Assembly: GCA_012522585.1 (NCBI GenBank)
Contig: JAAYKD010000157.1
Location: forward strand, 20,074 to 84,073
DNA: 64,000 nucleotides
Direction of reading: 5' to 3'
Source of the DNA: Bacillota bacterium
Lineage (GTDB): Bacteria > Bacillota > JAAYKD01
Of this stretch, positions 18,514 to 28,551 are shown in pieces. A program made the translations under genes and the position numbers. Positions within the stretch are counted from its first letter, which is position 1; each line of letters starts with the position of its first letter. The notes under the pieces were generated by a model. The model was not told the DNA's origin. It saw only the letters and a program-made list of their open reading frames with translations, and made no database searches.

Positions 18514-20457
18514 ATGAATATTTTGACTGTGCACCGGATCAGCAAATATTATGGCAGCCGTGAAATATTTGCTGATATTTCCTTTAGCCTTCATCAAGGT
18601 GAGCGAATTGGTTTGATCGGACGCAATGGTTGTGGCAAAACCACTCTTCTAAAAATCCTAGCTGGTCAGGAAGATTATGATGGTGACGAACAGGACCAGC
18701 CTTTTTATCGTCTGGCTACCGATGTTACGATTGGTTGGTTAAAGCAGCAGGATGAATTGGGCAGCGATCTTACTCTTTGGCAGGATGTCTATTCAGTCAA
18801 AGGGGAACTCCTGACTTTGGAAGATAGAATGCGCTATTTGGAAAAAGAGATGGAAAAGGTTGAAATCTATTCTGAACCGGAAAAACTCGAAGAAATCAGC
18901 AAAAGATACGAGCACAGCAGTGCCGAGTTTGAACGTCTGGGAGGATATACGGTTTTAGCAGAAATTAGGAGTATGCTTTTTGGTTTAGGTTTTAGGGAAG
19001 AAGATTTTTCCTTGAAAACCAGTGAACTTTCCGGTGGTCAGCGCATGCGGGGAGCTTTAGCCAAAGTGCTCTTGAGTCAGCCTTCCTTGTTGCTTTTAGA
19101 TGAGCCGACCAATCACCTGGACTTAGCCGGAATTGCCTGGTTGGAACAATTTTTGAGCAAGTATCAGGGCACTGTCATCCTGGTTTCTCATGATCGCTAT
19201 TTTTTAAACAGCGTAGTCACCAGAATTATGGAGATAGATGAACAAAAGCTCTACGATTACAAAGGCAATTATGATGATTTCCTCCGCCAAAAAAGCCAAG
19301 AAATCACTTTGCAGACAAGGCTCTACCAGCAAGCAGAGAAGGAAAGAGCCCATTTGCAAAAATTTATCGATCGTTTTGCTTCTGGAACCAGGGCTAGATC
19401 AGCTCAAAGCAAAGGCAAAAGGCTGGCTAAGCTGGATAAAGTCGAAGGGCCCAGGAAAACCTCCCCTACTATGAAGGTGAGGTTTAAACCAAAATTTCAG
19501 AGTGCTCCCCGAGCTCTCATTTTAGAGGGCTTGTCAAAAAGCTACGATAAGAAGTTGTTTGGGCCTTTGGATATGACAGTCTATCGGGGCGAAAGAATCG
19601 CTTTGGTAGGGCCAAACGGAGCCGGAAAAAGCACTTTGCTCTCTGTTATTACCGGCCTGATTGCAGCAGATGGAGGAAAAGCCCAATGGGGAGTCGGAGT
19701 TCACTGGAATTATTATCATCCGGCCTTGGATGATCTGGTCGATGAAAATACAGTCTTAGATGAAATGATGGAAGCAGGTTCTGAAAATTATCAAGAAGCA
19801 AGGGATATCCTGGGCAGATTTTTATTCACTGGCCAAGAAGTTTTTAAAAGAATCGGCAATCTGAGTGGAGGCGAGCGCAGCCGGGTTATGTTGGCCAAGC
19901 TTTTTTTACAGGGTTCAAATTTTTTACTTTTGGATGAGCCGACCAACCATTTGGATATAGCAGCTAAGGAATCTTTGGAAGAAGCCTTGGCTCACTATAG
20001 CGGCACGATGATTTTTGTTTCTCATGACCGCTATTTTGTCGAAAAAATAGCCAATAAAATCTGGGAATTAGACCAAGGAAAACTTCGAGTCTTTTCAGGA
20101 GCTTGGTCTGATTATGCAGATTTTATCGAAGCGGAAAGTCAAAGAGAACAATCTAAAAAGGAAGTAGCTAAAACCAGGACAAGGGATGATCGACAGCAGC
20201 AACATAAAGAAACACAGGAGAGGCAAAGAATCCTCCAAGAAATTGAAAGACTGGAAAAGGAAATCGACAATTTGGAAAAGGAAAAATTGGGATTGGAATT
20301 GTCCATGGCCGAACCTTCTTTCAATCAAAACCCTGAAATCAATGAATTGATGCGTCATTACCACAGTTTGCCGGAAAAAATTGAGAAAAAAATCAAAAGC
20401 TGGGAAAGCTTGCACCAAGAATTGGATACTTTGGATGCTCTGGCCAGTCAAGCTTAA
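18514..20457 (+). CDS. ABC-F family ATPase (tandem ABC domains, C-terminal coiled coil; Uup/YdiF-like)
   Basis: Two Walker A motifs (GRNGCGKTT, GPNGAGKST), two ABC signatures (LSGGQ, LSGGE) and a lysine/glutamate-rich C-terminal tail. AAGGAGG RBS before ATG 18514; the track starts at TTG 18490. Confidence 0.85.
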   Translation: MNILTVHRISKYYGSREIFADISFSLHQGERIGLIGRNGCGKTTLLKILAGQEDYDGDEQDQPFYRLATDVTIGWLKQQDELGSDLTLWQDVYSVKGELLTLEDRMRYLEKEMEKVEIYSEPEKLEEISKRYEHSSAEFERLGGYTVLAEIRSMLFGLGFREEDFSLKTSELSGGQRMRGALAKVLLSQPSLLLLDEPTNHLDLAGIAWLEQFLSKYQGTVILVSHDRYFLNSVVTRIMEIDEQKLYDYKGNYDDFLRQKSQEITLQTRLYQQAEKERAHLQKFIDRFASGTRARSAQSKGKRLAKLDKVEGPRKTSPTMKVRFKPKFQSAPRALILEGLSKSYDKKLFGPLDMTVYRGERIALVGPNGAGKSTLLSVITGLIAADGGKAQWGVGVHWNYYHPALDDLVDENTVLDEMMEAGSENYQEARDILGRFLFTGQEVFKRIGNLSGGERSRVMLAKLFLQGSNFLLLDEPTNHLDIAAKESLEEALAHYSGTMIFVSHDRYFVEKIANKIWELDQGKLRVFSGAWSDYADFIEAESQREQSKKEVAKTRTRDDRQQQHKETQERQRILQEIERLEKEIDNLEKEKLGLELSMAEPSFNQNPEINELMRHYHSLPEKIEKKIKSWESLHQELDTLDALASQA

Positions 20458-20477
20458 ATTCTTTTATTGAGAAATTC

Positions 20478-20760
20478 TTGACAGTACAAATTGAAGTTGT
20501 TATAATTTTCTGTAAAGCGATGAAGAGAAGAGTAAATTGATTTAAGGGAAACAGAGAGCCCTCTGAGCTGAGAAAGGGCCGAATTGATCAATTGAAGATG
20601 GCCTCTGAGCAGCAAGGGTGAATATTTAACCCTTGACGGGTGCGACCGTTATATCGTTTTGTTCATAATTATGTAACAAATAAAGGATGCTTTAGCATTG
20701 AACAAGGGTGGTACCGCGGCTTCTCGCCCCTTTTGAGGGTTGGAAGCCTATTTTTATTTT
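20478..20760 (+). promoter_or_regulatory. Promoter (TTGACA-18 nt-TATAAT) plus a T-box riboswitch leader for metS, with an AUG specifier codon
   Basis: T-box motif aacaAGGGTGGTACCGCG at 20701-20718. A candidate specifier sits in gaagAUGGcc, and a U-run precedes the RBS. Confidence 0.85.
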
Positions 20761-20775
20761 TAAGGAGATGATTTC

Positions 20776-22782
20776 ATGAGCAAAACTTATTATCTTACTA
20801 CGCCCATATATTACACCAGTGGTTCTCCTCATGTGGGCCATGCCTATTGTTCGATTATGGCTGACACTTTGGCCAGATTCCATCGATTGATTGGAGACGA
20901 AGTTTTTTTCTTGACCGGGACAGATGAGCATGGTCAAAAGGTCGAGGAGAAAGCTCAGGAAAGTGGAAAATCCCCTCAGGATTATGTCGACACTATAGAT
21001 CTTGAATTCAAAGCTTTGTGGAAAAAGCTGGGTATTTCCTATGATGCTTATATCAGAACGACAGACCAGAAGCATAAGCTGGCGGTGCAAAAAATATTCT
21101 TGAAACTATATGAGCAGGGAGACATTTATAAAAAGGATTATGAAGGTCATTATTGTGTACCCTGCGAGGCTTATTGGACAGATCATCAATTGGATGAGGA
21201 AAAGAATTGTCCCGATTGTGGTCGTCAGGTCATCTGGTTGAAAGAAGAGAGTTATTTTTTCAAAGCTTCAAAATATGCCGATCGTTTGATAGAACATATT
21301 GAAACCAATCCAAAATTCATCCAACCTGTCTCCAGGGCCAATGAGATGATGAATAATTTTCTCAAGCCAGGCCTTCAGGATATCTCTGTGACCAGAACAA
21401 GTGTGGACTGGGGTATTCCTGTTCCTTTTGATCCGGAACATAAAATCTATGTTTGGATCGATGCACTACCCAATTATATTACGGCTCTGGGCTATACAGA
21501 CGAGCACGATCAATTGATGCAAAAATTCTGGCCCGCCGACCTTCATCTAGTGGGCAAAGAGATAATTCGTTTTCATACCATCATCTGGCCGATCATCTTG
21601 ATGGCCTTAGATTTGCCCTTGCCTAAACAGATTTTCGGCCATGGTTGGTTGCTTTTTGATAACGATAAAATGTCAAAATCTAAAGGCAATGTAGTCGACC
21701 CCGTTGAGCTTATCGATCAGTATGGCAGTGATGCTCTCAGACATTATCTTTTGTCCAAGGTGCCTGTTGGCAATGATGGTAATTTTACTATTGACCTTTT
21801 TAAACAGAGCTATAATACGGATTTGGCCAATGATCTAGGCAATCTCTTGAGCAGAACTGTTGCCATGCAAGAGCGTTATTTTCAAGGTGTCGTGCAAAAT
21901 TGTCAAGAGCTGACCGAGGAAGACAGGTCCATGTCAGAATTGGCCAGAAAGACTCCTGAAATAGTTTTGTCGGCCATGCTGGTCAATGATTTCAATAAAG
22001 CTTTAGCCGCTATTTGGCGCTTAATCGATCGTAGCAATAAATACATCGATGAAAATGAGCCCTGGGTTTTAGCCAGAAGCGAGGATAAAAGGGAAAGATT
22101 AGGCACTGTCCTCTATTATTTGTCTGAAAACTTGAGATATATCGGTGTCTTGTTGCAGCCCTTTATGCCGGAAACCACGCCAAAAATCTTCCGCCAATTG
22201 GGTTTGATGGGGCGGACACCTTTACAGACTTGGCAATCTTTAGAAACTTACGGTCGCTTGCCTCAAGGTACAGTCATGGTCAAAGAAGAAGCCTTGTTTC
22301 CCCGAATTGATTTAAAGAATAAAAAAGCTGAACAGAATGACCGAGCCAAAGCCCAAGCCGGAAAGAAAAAAGAGAAAGATAAAGGAGCTGCCCAAAAGAT
22401 GGAAACAGAAAAGCAAGAAGTAGAAACAGAAAATATTTTGCCCGAATTAAAGCCTCAGATAACCATCGATGACTTTGCCAAAGTAGATTTTCGCATAGCC
22501 GAAATCATAGCTTGTGAGAGAGTGCCCAAAGCCGATAGATTGTTAAAGCTGACAGTAAAAATTGGTGAAACTTCCAGAACAATAGTCTCCGGCATAGCCG
22601 AACACTATACGCCGGAAGAATTAGTGGGTAAGCAAGTTTGTGTCGTGGTCAATTTGGCCCCTCATGTTTTCCGCGGAATTAAATCGGAAGGTATGCTATT
22701 GGCAGCTTCTGATGACAAGGATAGCAAGATCATTATTTTGGAGCCGGAAAAAAGAGCAGAAAGCGGCTGGAAGGTGAGATAA
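20776..22782 (+). CDS. metG: Methionyl-tRNA synthetase with a C-terminal EMAP-like tRNA-binding domain
   Basis: HIGH motif (SPHVGHAY), KMSKS, and a Zn knuckle (CVPCEAY...CPDCG). Confidence 0.95.
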   Translation: MSKTYYLTTPIYYTSGSPHVGHAYCSIMADTLARFHRLIGDEVFFLTGTDEHGQKVEEKAQESGKSPQDYVDTIDLEFKALWKKLGISYDAYIRTTDQKHKLAVQKIFLKLYEQGDIYKKDYEGHYCVPCEAYWTDHQLDEEKNCPDCGRQVIWLKEESYFFKASKYADRLIEHIETNPKFIQPVSRANEMMNNFLKPGLQDISVTRTSVDWGIPVPFDPEHKIYVWIDALPNYITALGYTDEHDQLMQKFWPADLHLVGKEIIRFHTIIWPIILMALDLPLPKQIFGHGWLLFDNDKMSKSKGNVVDPVELIDQYGSDALRHYLLSKVPVGNDGNFTIDLFKQSYNTDLANDLGNLLSRTVAMQERYFQGVVQNCQELTEEDRSMSELARKTPEIVLSAMLVNDFNKALAAIWRLIDRSNKYIDENEPWVLARSEDKRERLGTVLYYLSENLRYIGVLLQPFMPETTPKIFRQLGLMGRTPLQTWQSLETYGRLPQGTVMVKEEALFPRIDLKNKKAEQNDRAKAQAGKKKEKDKGAAQKMETEKQEVETENILPELKPQITIDDFAKVDFRIAEIIACERVPKADRLLKLTVKIGETSRTIVSGIAEHYTPEELVGKQVCVVVNLAPHVFRGIKSEGMLLAASDDKDSKIIILEPEKRAESGWKVR

Positions 22783-23558
22783 TGGTCGGCTTAATAGACT
22801 CACACGTCCATTTAGATGATAAAAGATTTGCCGGAGAAATACCTCAGTTAATTGACAGAGCCAAAAAAGCTGGGGTTGCAGAGATGATTCAGATTGGAAT
22901 TGATCTCAGAACCTCTAAGATAGCCATAGAACTGTCTGAAAAACATCCGGAAATTTATCCGGTCGTCGGCTTTCATCCTAATGAGTTAGCCAGTTACGAG
23001 GACCATGAAGAAAAGCTGATAGAATTGGCTCAAGGAGAAGAAGTAGTGGCTATCGGTGAAATAGGTTTGGACTATCATTGGGACAAATATAGTCGCGAAA
23101 AGCAAAAGGAATTATTTTTGCGTCAAATTGATATCGCCAAAAATCTAAATAAGCCCATTGTCATCCACAATCGAGATGCTCATCAGGACACCATGGATAT
23201 TCTGCGCCAAGAGCATAAGTATTTGCCGGGAGGAGTTCTCCATTGCTTTTCCGGTAGCTGGGAGATGGCCAAAATGTGCCTGCGGTGGGGCTTTTATATC
23301 TCCTTCGCAGGACCTTTGACCTTTCCTAAATCGAACAAACTCCGAGAAATAGCTACAAATGTTCCTAATGACCGGGTGCTGATTGAGACGGATTGCCCCT
23401 ATTTAGCTCCCCAGGCCTTTCGTGGCAAGCGCAACGAGCCTGCCTATGTGGTCGAGCAAGCTAAGATGCTGGCTCAGCTCAAAGGGCTTGATTATCAAGA
23501 GGTAGCTCGCTTGACCAGGGAAAACACGATCAGACTTTTCAATTTAAAAGATGATTGA
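22782..23558 (+). CDS. tatD: TatD-family metal-dependent DNase/hydrolase (YabD)
   Basis: TatD motifs IDSHVHLD and HCFSG. Conserved metS-tatD synteny. Confidence 0.85.
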   Translation: MVGLIDSHVHLDDKRFAGEIPQLIDRAKKAGVAEMIQIGIDLRTSKIAIELSEKHPEIYPVVGFHPNELASYEDHEEKLIELAQGEEVVAIGEIGLDYHWDKYSREKQKELFLRQIDIAKNLNKPIVIHNRDAHQDTMDILRQEHKYLPGGVLHCFSGSWEMAKMCLRWGFYISFAGPLTFPKSNKLREIATNVPNDRVLIETDCPYLAPQAFRGKRNEPAYVVEQAKMLAQLKGLDYQEVARLTRENTIRLFNLKDD

Positions 23559-24111
23559 GATCAAAGAAGTTATTGTAGTCGAAGGAGAAAATGATCGTCG
23601 GGCAGTTTTACAATCAGTTTTAGCTGATGTTGTAGTGACTAAGGGTCATGCTTTAAAAGAAGAATTGATCCAACAATTAAAAGTATTACAAAATCAAAGA
23701 GGGCTGATCATCTTGACTGACCCTGATTACACCGGCCGCTTGATCAGGCGGAGGCTGAGCGAACAGATTCCCGGAGTCAAACACGCTCACATTTCCCGGG
23801 AAGAAGCGATTAAAAAAGGGGATATTGGCATCGAAAATGTTAACCCCCAGGCTATTCTAAGAGCTTTACAATCGATCAGCACACCGAAACGAAATCCTTC
23901 CACTGATTTAGAAATAAACGACCTCTATCGTCTCGGTTTGAATGGTCGAGCCAACAGCAGCAACTTGCGTCGTCTGCTTTGTCAAGAATTGTCTTTGGAA
24001 TTCGGTAGCAGCAAGAATCTTTTCAGGCAATTTAAACTATTCGGCTTGAATAAAGCTGATATTGTTGGAGCTCTGCAAAGGATTGAAAATAGATTTGAAA
24101 AGAACATTTAG
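23551..24111 (+). CDS. rnmV: Ribonuclease M5 (5S rRNA maturase)
   Basis: Toprim N-terminus (VIVVEGENDRRAV). Conserved position before rsmA. Confidence 0.85.
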   Translation: MIEIKEVIVVEGENDRRAVLQSVLADVVVTKGHALKEELIQQLKVLQNQRGLIILTDPDYTGRLIRRRLSEQIPGVKHAHISREEAIKKGDIGIENVNPQAILRALQSISTPKRNPSTDLEINDLYRLGLNGRANSSNLRRLLCQELSLEFGSSKNLFRQFKLFGLNKADIVGALQRIENRFEKNI

Positions 24112-24122
24112 ATTTTTGGGAG

Positions 24123-24989
24123 GTGATTTTGATCAATTTGATCTCGATTAAAAATGTGCAAAAAATTCTCAAAGAACATAATTTTCCTATCAGAAAAAAA
24201 TACGGTCAAAACTTTTTGGTCGATGAGAATATCATGCAAAGGATTGTCGATACGGCAGATTTGAGCCCCGAGACCTTAGTCTTAGAGATTGGTCCCGGCT
24301 TAGGCAGTCTGACTCAGCGCTTAGCTGACCGGGCCAAAGAGGTTGTAGCTATCGAAATAGATGAATTGTTGCTGCCGATCTTAAACAGCACCTTGGCTTC
24401 ATATGACAATGTCCAGTTAATTCATGCTGATGCCCTCAAGTATGATTGGTCTAAAATCTTCAAGCCAGAAGCTCAGGTCAAAATAGTATCGAACCTCCCA
24501 TATTATATAACTTCGCCCCTTTTGGAAAAGATGATTAGAGCTCCTTTTCAAGTGGATACTTGTGTTCTTTTAGTTCAAAAGGAAGTAGCCCAAAGAATGG
24601 CTGCTGAGGCAGGGACGCCCAGCTACGGCAGTTTAAGTGTCTTTATACAAAGTCAGGCCCAAGTTGAATATGTGGCTACAGTTTCCAACAATGTTTTTTA
24701 CCCCAGACCGAAAATTGATTCGGCCATAGTGAGGTTGGGGTTCGATCCTCAATTGAAAGATAAAATCGCCAATCAAGAAATTTTAGAGAAGGTATTACGC
24801 AGTGTCTTCGGCCAAAGGCTTAAAACTCTGCGCAACAGCTTGCTCAACTCTCCTCATATTAAAATAGAAAAGAGTAAATTAGAGGAAATTGAAGAGCATT
24901 TACCATTTTCTTTAAAAATTCGAGGAGAACAATTGAGCCCGGATGAATTGGTTCTGCTCTCAAATTTAATTGTTCAAGCAAACCTTTGA
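24123..24989 (+). CDS. rsmA: 16S rRNA (adenine1518/1519-N6)-dimethyltransferase
   Basis: KsgA motifs GQNFL and EIGPGLG. Confidence 0.9.
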   Translation: MILINLISIKNVQKILKEHNFPIRKKYGQNFLVDENIMQRIVDTADLSPETLVLEIGPGLGSLTQRLADRAKEVVAIEIDELLLPILNSTLASYDNVQLIHADALKYDWSKIFKPEAQVKIVSNLPYYITSPLLEKMIRAPFQVDTCVLLVQKEVAQRMAAEAGTPSYGSLSVFIQSQAQVEYVATVSNNVFYPRPKIDSAIVRLGFDPQLKDKIANQEILEKVLRSVFGQRLKTLRNSLLNSPHIKIEKSKLEEIEEHLPFSLKIRGEQLSPDELVLLSNLIVQANL

Positions 24990-25111
24990 TTTTAAATAAA
25001 ATATATAAAAATATAAACTTGTCAAAAGAAAGCTTAAATGATATTATGTTAGAGAAAGAAAGAACAATCAGGGTAAGTAATTGCTCTTTCTTATAGATAA
25101 TTTTATAGGAA

Positions 25112-25768
25112 GTGAGTTGGTTAGTAGTGAAAACTGCCGAGATACCGCGCCCTACTTTGGAGCGCCTACCTCTTTATTATCGCAGTCTTTCCCTCTGGAG
25201 AGAACAGGGTATCATCACAGTTTCATCGGTTGATATCGGTCGTGATGTAGGAGTCAATGTCGTTCAAGTCAGAAAGGATCTGGCCTATTTTGGTGAATTC
25301 GGACGACCTGGTGTGGGCTATAATGTTGAGTATTTGATGGATGAACTGGGGAAGCTCATGGGTTTCACTACTGAAACCAAGGCTGTCTTAATCGGAGCAG
25401 GTCGTTTAGGCACGGCAGTGGTCAGTTATGGTGGTTTTAAGCGCTATAGCGTCAAGATTGCTGCAATGTTCGATACAGACAAGGAGAAAATAGGCACTGA
25501 AGTTTCCGACGTTCCCATCTTGGATATGGCCTATTTGCCCCAATTTTTAGGCGAAAATGAAATAGAATTAGGAATTATAACTGTGCCATCCCTTGCGGCT
25601 CAAGAAGTTGCAGATATTTTAACTGCCAATGATATTAAAGCGATTTGGAATTTTGCTCCTGTCTCATTGCAAGTTCCTGAGGAGATCAAGGTTCGCAACG
25701 AAGATCTGGCAGTTGGTCTGGCCACACTCTGTTATTTTTTAAACAAAGAAAAGAAAGACGCACCTTAA
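25112..25768 (+). CDS. rex: Redox-sensing transcriptional repressor Rex
   Basis: N-terminal winged-helix region (RLPLYYR) plus a Rossmann NADH-binding region (GAGRLG). The start is a GTG, either 25112 or 25127. Confidence 0.85.
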   Translation: MSWLVVKTAEIPRPTLERLPLYYRSLSLWREQGIITVSSVDIGRDVGVNVVQVRKDLAYFGEFGRPGVGYNVEYLMDELGKLMGFTTETKAVLIGAGRLGTAVVSYGGFKRYSVKIAAMFDTDKEKIGTEVSDVPILDMAYLPQFLGENEIELGIITVPSLAAQEVADILTANDIKAIWNFAPVSLQVPEEIKVRNEDLAVGLATLCYFLNKEKKDAP

Positions 25769-25783
25769 AAAGTGCGTTTTTTC
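25757..25783 (+). terminator. Intrinsic terminator overlapping the rex stop codon
   Basis: gacgcac-cttaaaaa-gtgcgt followed by ttttt. Confidence 0.5.
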
Positions 25784-25799
25784 ATATAGGTGGATAAGC

Positions 25800-27275
25800 A
25801 TGAAATTAAATGAATTAATCAAGGATTTGCCGGTTATTTCAGCACCGGAAAATGAAATCGAGATAAAAGGTCTGACTATGGACTCGCGTTTAGTCGAGCC
25901 GGGCTATCTTTTTGTTGCCGAAAAAGGACTGCATTTTGACGGTCATGACTTTGCTCAAGCAGCCTGGAAAAAAGGTGCAAGTGCTATTTTGACTGAACGC
26001 CCTTTAGAGCTGCCAATCCCTCAGGTTTTAGTAGCCGATACGAAAAAAATGGCGGGCTTTTTAGCATCCAGGTTTTATTTAGAACCGGCCAGCAAGATGC
26101 GGGTCCTGGCTATAACAGGAACCAAGGGCAAAACAACTACCAGTTTTATCCTGCATCATTTGCTAGATCGAGGTCGAACAGCTTTACTCGGCTCAATTTG
26201 TTTTAAAATTGGTCAGCACCACAGCGCCTCCTCCTTTACCACCTTGCCTTCCATAGCCTTACAGGAAAAATTGCACCAAGCACATTATGATCACGGTGCA
26301 GAAAATATTATCTTAGAAGTGTCTTCCCACGCTTTAAAACAAAGAAGGGTTGCTGAAGTTGATTTTGATCTAGCTGTTTTTACAAATTTTAGCAGGGATC
26401 ATCTGGATTTTCACCATACCATGGAGGAATATCTACAAGCAAAATCCCTTTTATTCAGTCGCTTAGGCAATAGTGCTTTGGGTTTAAAAGGGCGGAGATA
26501 TGCTCTAGTCAACGGGGACGATCCGGCGGCAGCTGAAATCAAAGAAGCCTGTGGAGTCCCTCTCTATACCTATGGCTGTGCTGAGGGCAATTTCTATCGA
26601 GCTGTAAATATAAAATTGAACCCTCAGGGTTCTGAGTTTACCCTCCTAGTCAAGGACAAGAGTATAGATATCAAAATCAAGATGCCGGGAAAATTCAATG
26701 TCTACAATGCTCTGGCAGCTATAGCCGTTGCTCATCTGGAAGGTCTGAGTTTGCAGGAAATCAGTGAGAAACTCCTTGACTTTTCAGGAGTTCCCGGGCG
26801 TCTACAGAAGCTGGACCTCAACCTACCTTTCCAAGTCATCGTGGATTATGCCCATACGGAGGAGAGCCTGCGCCAAACCCTCTTGGCTGTTCGAGAATTC
26901 AGCGCTAACAGAGTTTTGCTGGCCTTTGGTTGTACCGGCGATCGAGATAAAGGCAAGAGGCCTAAAATGGGGCAAATAGCCTATGAGTTGGCCGATTTTA
27001 CCATGGTCACCTCAGATGATCCCTACAGTGAAGAACCAGAAAGCATAATCGATGAAATCATGTCTGAATTGCCTCAAGGTTCGGATAAGCTTGCTCGCAA
27101 TGCAGACCGGACCGAAGCCATTGCAGCTCTCTTAGAGCTGGCTGAAGCAGGTGATACCGTCCTCTTGGCCGGTAAGGGTCATGAGCAAGTTCAGATAATC
27201 AAAGGTGAACAAATTGCTTATTCCGATGAAAAGGCGGTCGAGCAATGGTTGCATAGAAAGATGAAAAAGGTGTGA
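25800..27275 (+). CDS. murE: Mur ligase, MurE-like (UDP-MurNAc-L-Ala-D-Glu:diamino acid ligase); specificity motif is DDPY rather than DNPR
   Basis: Three-domain Mur ligase with ITGTKGKTTT. The C-terminal TSDDPYSEEP occupies the position of the mDAP-specific DNPR motif. It lies outside any dcw cluster. Confidence 0.75.
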   Translation: MKLNELIKDLPVISAPENEIEIKGLTMDSRLVEPGYLFVAEKGLHFDGHDFAQAAWKKGASAILTERPLELPIPQVLVADTKKMAGFLASRFYLEPASKMRVLAITGTKGKTTTSFILHHLLDRGRTALLGSICFKIGQHHSASSFTTLPSIALQEKLHQAHYDHGAENIILEVSSHALKQRRVAEVDFDLAVFTNFSRDHLDFHHTMEEYLQAKSLLFSRLGNSALGLKGRRYALVNGDDPAAAEIKEACGVPLYTYGCAEGNFYRAVNIKLNPQGSEFTLLVKDKSIDIKIKMPGKFNVYNALAAIAVAHLEGLSLQEISEKLLDFSGVPGRLQKLDLNLPFQVIVDYAHTEESLRQTLLAVREFSANRVLLAFGCTGDRDKGKRPKMGQIAYELADFTMVTSDDPYSEEPESIIDEIMSELPQGSDKLARNADRTEAIAALLELAEAGDTVLLAGKGHEQVQIIKGEQIAYSDEKAVEQWLHRKMKKV

Positions 27276-27625
27276 GTGAAATGAAGGATTGTTTGTTTTG
27301 TCGTATAGTAAAAAGGGAAATACCATCAGAGATTGTCTATGAAGATGAGGAGATCTTAGCTTTTAAAGATATTTCTCCCCAAGCTCCTGTTCATCTTCTT
27401 TGGATCAGTAAAAGACATATTGAGGGCTTAGACGAAATTGCTGCTCAGGACCAATTGCTTATAGGAAAAATCCTCTTGAAAATAAGCGAATATGCCCAAA
27501 AGGATGAAGAATTGGCCTCTGGTTATAGAGTTTGTACCAACATAGGTTTGGATGGTGGCCAAACAGTCAGACATCTGCATTTTCATCTTTTAGGCGGAAA
27601 GGTTTTGGAGCCAAAAATGGCCTAA
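27272..27625 (+). CDS. HIT-family (histidine triad) hydrolase
   Basis: Histidine triad HLHFHLLGG. The start overlaps the murE stop. Confidence 0.8.
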   Translation: MSEMKDCLFCRIVKREIPSEIVYEDEEILAFKDISPQAPVHLLWISKRHIEGLDEIAAQDQLLIGKILLKISEYAQKDEELASGYRVCTNIGLDGGQTVRHLHFHLLGGKVLEPKMA

Positions 27626-27629
27626 AGTA

Positions 27630-27658
27630 TTGACTAAACGATGAAATTTTTGTATAAT
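27630..27658 (+). promoter_or_regulatory. Sigma-A promoter (TTGACT-17 nt-TATAAT) for rpsU-yqeY
   Basis: Consensus -35/-10 hexamers with a 17-nt spacer. Confidence 0.55.
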
Positions 27659-27749
27659 CGATTTACGTGCAGTTATATCTTTCTGCTTTTTCCCAAAACC
27701 GTCCAGATTTTATCCGGGACAATTCATGAATACGGAGGGAGGGAAATTC

Positions 27750-27926
27750 ATGGCAGAAATTAAAGTAGGTAAAACCGAATCATTAGAAAGCGCCTTGAGA
27801 CGCTTTAAAAGACAAATACAGCGCTCAGGTGTTTTAGCTGAAACAAGAAAGCGAGAGCATTACGAGAAACCCAGTGTGAAGCGTAAAAAGAAAGCTGAAG
27901 CTGCTCGTAAACGCAAGTACAAATAG
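27750..27926 (+). CDS. rpsU: 30S ribosomal protein S21
   Basis: [21 protein letters not shown] is characteristic. GGAGGGAGG RBS; the track ORF starts at 27726. Confidence 0.9.
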   Translation: MAEIKVGKTESLESALRRFKRQIQRSGVLAETRKREHYEKPSVKRKKKAEAARKRKYK

Positions 27927-27939
27927 GCGGTAGCTTGAA

Positions 27940-28395
27940 ATGAAACTGAAAGAGCGGTTGCTTTTCGATATGAAAACAGCCATGAAAGTTCAGGATAAAA
28001 ATAGTCTGTCGGTTATTCGTATGGTAAGAGCCGTTTTGTTACAAACGGAAAAAGATCAACAAAGGCAGCTTTCAGATGATGATGTTTTAGCTATAATTGC
28101 TAAAGAAGTGAAACAAAGAAGCGATGTCATAGCTGAAGTTGGTCAGGTGCGACCAGCATATGCTCAAAAACTAAGCTCTGAGATCGAGATTCTATCAAAG
28201 TATTTACCCCAACCCTTCAGTCAAGAAGAAATAGAAGATCTGATAGCAAAAACCATTTTTGAGCTCCAGGCCTCTGGTCTCAAGGATATCGGCAAAGTCA
28301 TGCCGGTGCTTATGCCCGTAATCAGAGGTAGGGCCGATACGAAAATGGTCAGCCAAATGGTGAGAGAAATACTTCTTACAAGAGAAGAAGTATAA
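27940..28395 (+). CDS. yqeY: GatB/YqeY domain protein
   Basis: Conserved rpsU-yqeY pairing and the YqeY family signature. Confidence 0.8.
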   Translation: MKLKERLLFDMKTAMKVQDKNSLSVIRMVRAVLLQTEKDQQRQLSDDDVLAIIAKEVKQRSDVIAEVGQVRPAYAQKLSSEIEILSKYLPQPFSQEEIEDLIAKTIFELQASGLKDIGKVMPVLMPVIRGRADTKMVSQMVREILLTREEV

Positions 28396-28407
28396 GTTGT
28401 GCGTTAC

Positions 28408-28444
28408 AGAGGGATTTATTGTCTAAAAGGCAATAAATCCCTCT
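28408..28444 (+). terminator. Intrinsic terminator after yqeY
   Basis: agagggatttattg-tctaaaagg-caataaatccctct, followed by a T-rich tail. Confidence 0.55.
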
Positions 28445-28551
28445 TGTTTATTGGGAAATATCTAAAAGAGCTCAAATAGATGCTTGCTCGTCTATACATA
28501 CTATGTTATACTACGGTATATTTAAAAAGAAGAAGGAGTGAGGTTTAACCC

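Noticed and set aside
20692-21090. 132-aa minus-strand ORF overlapping the metS T-box and the metS 5' end
   Set aside because: It is antisense to a conserved riboswitch and to the MetRS HIGH region. It has no RBS and no similarity to anything.
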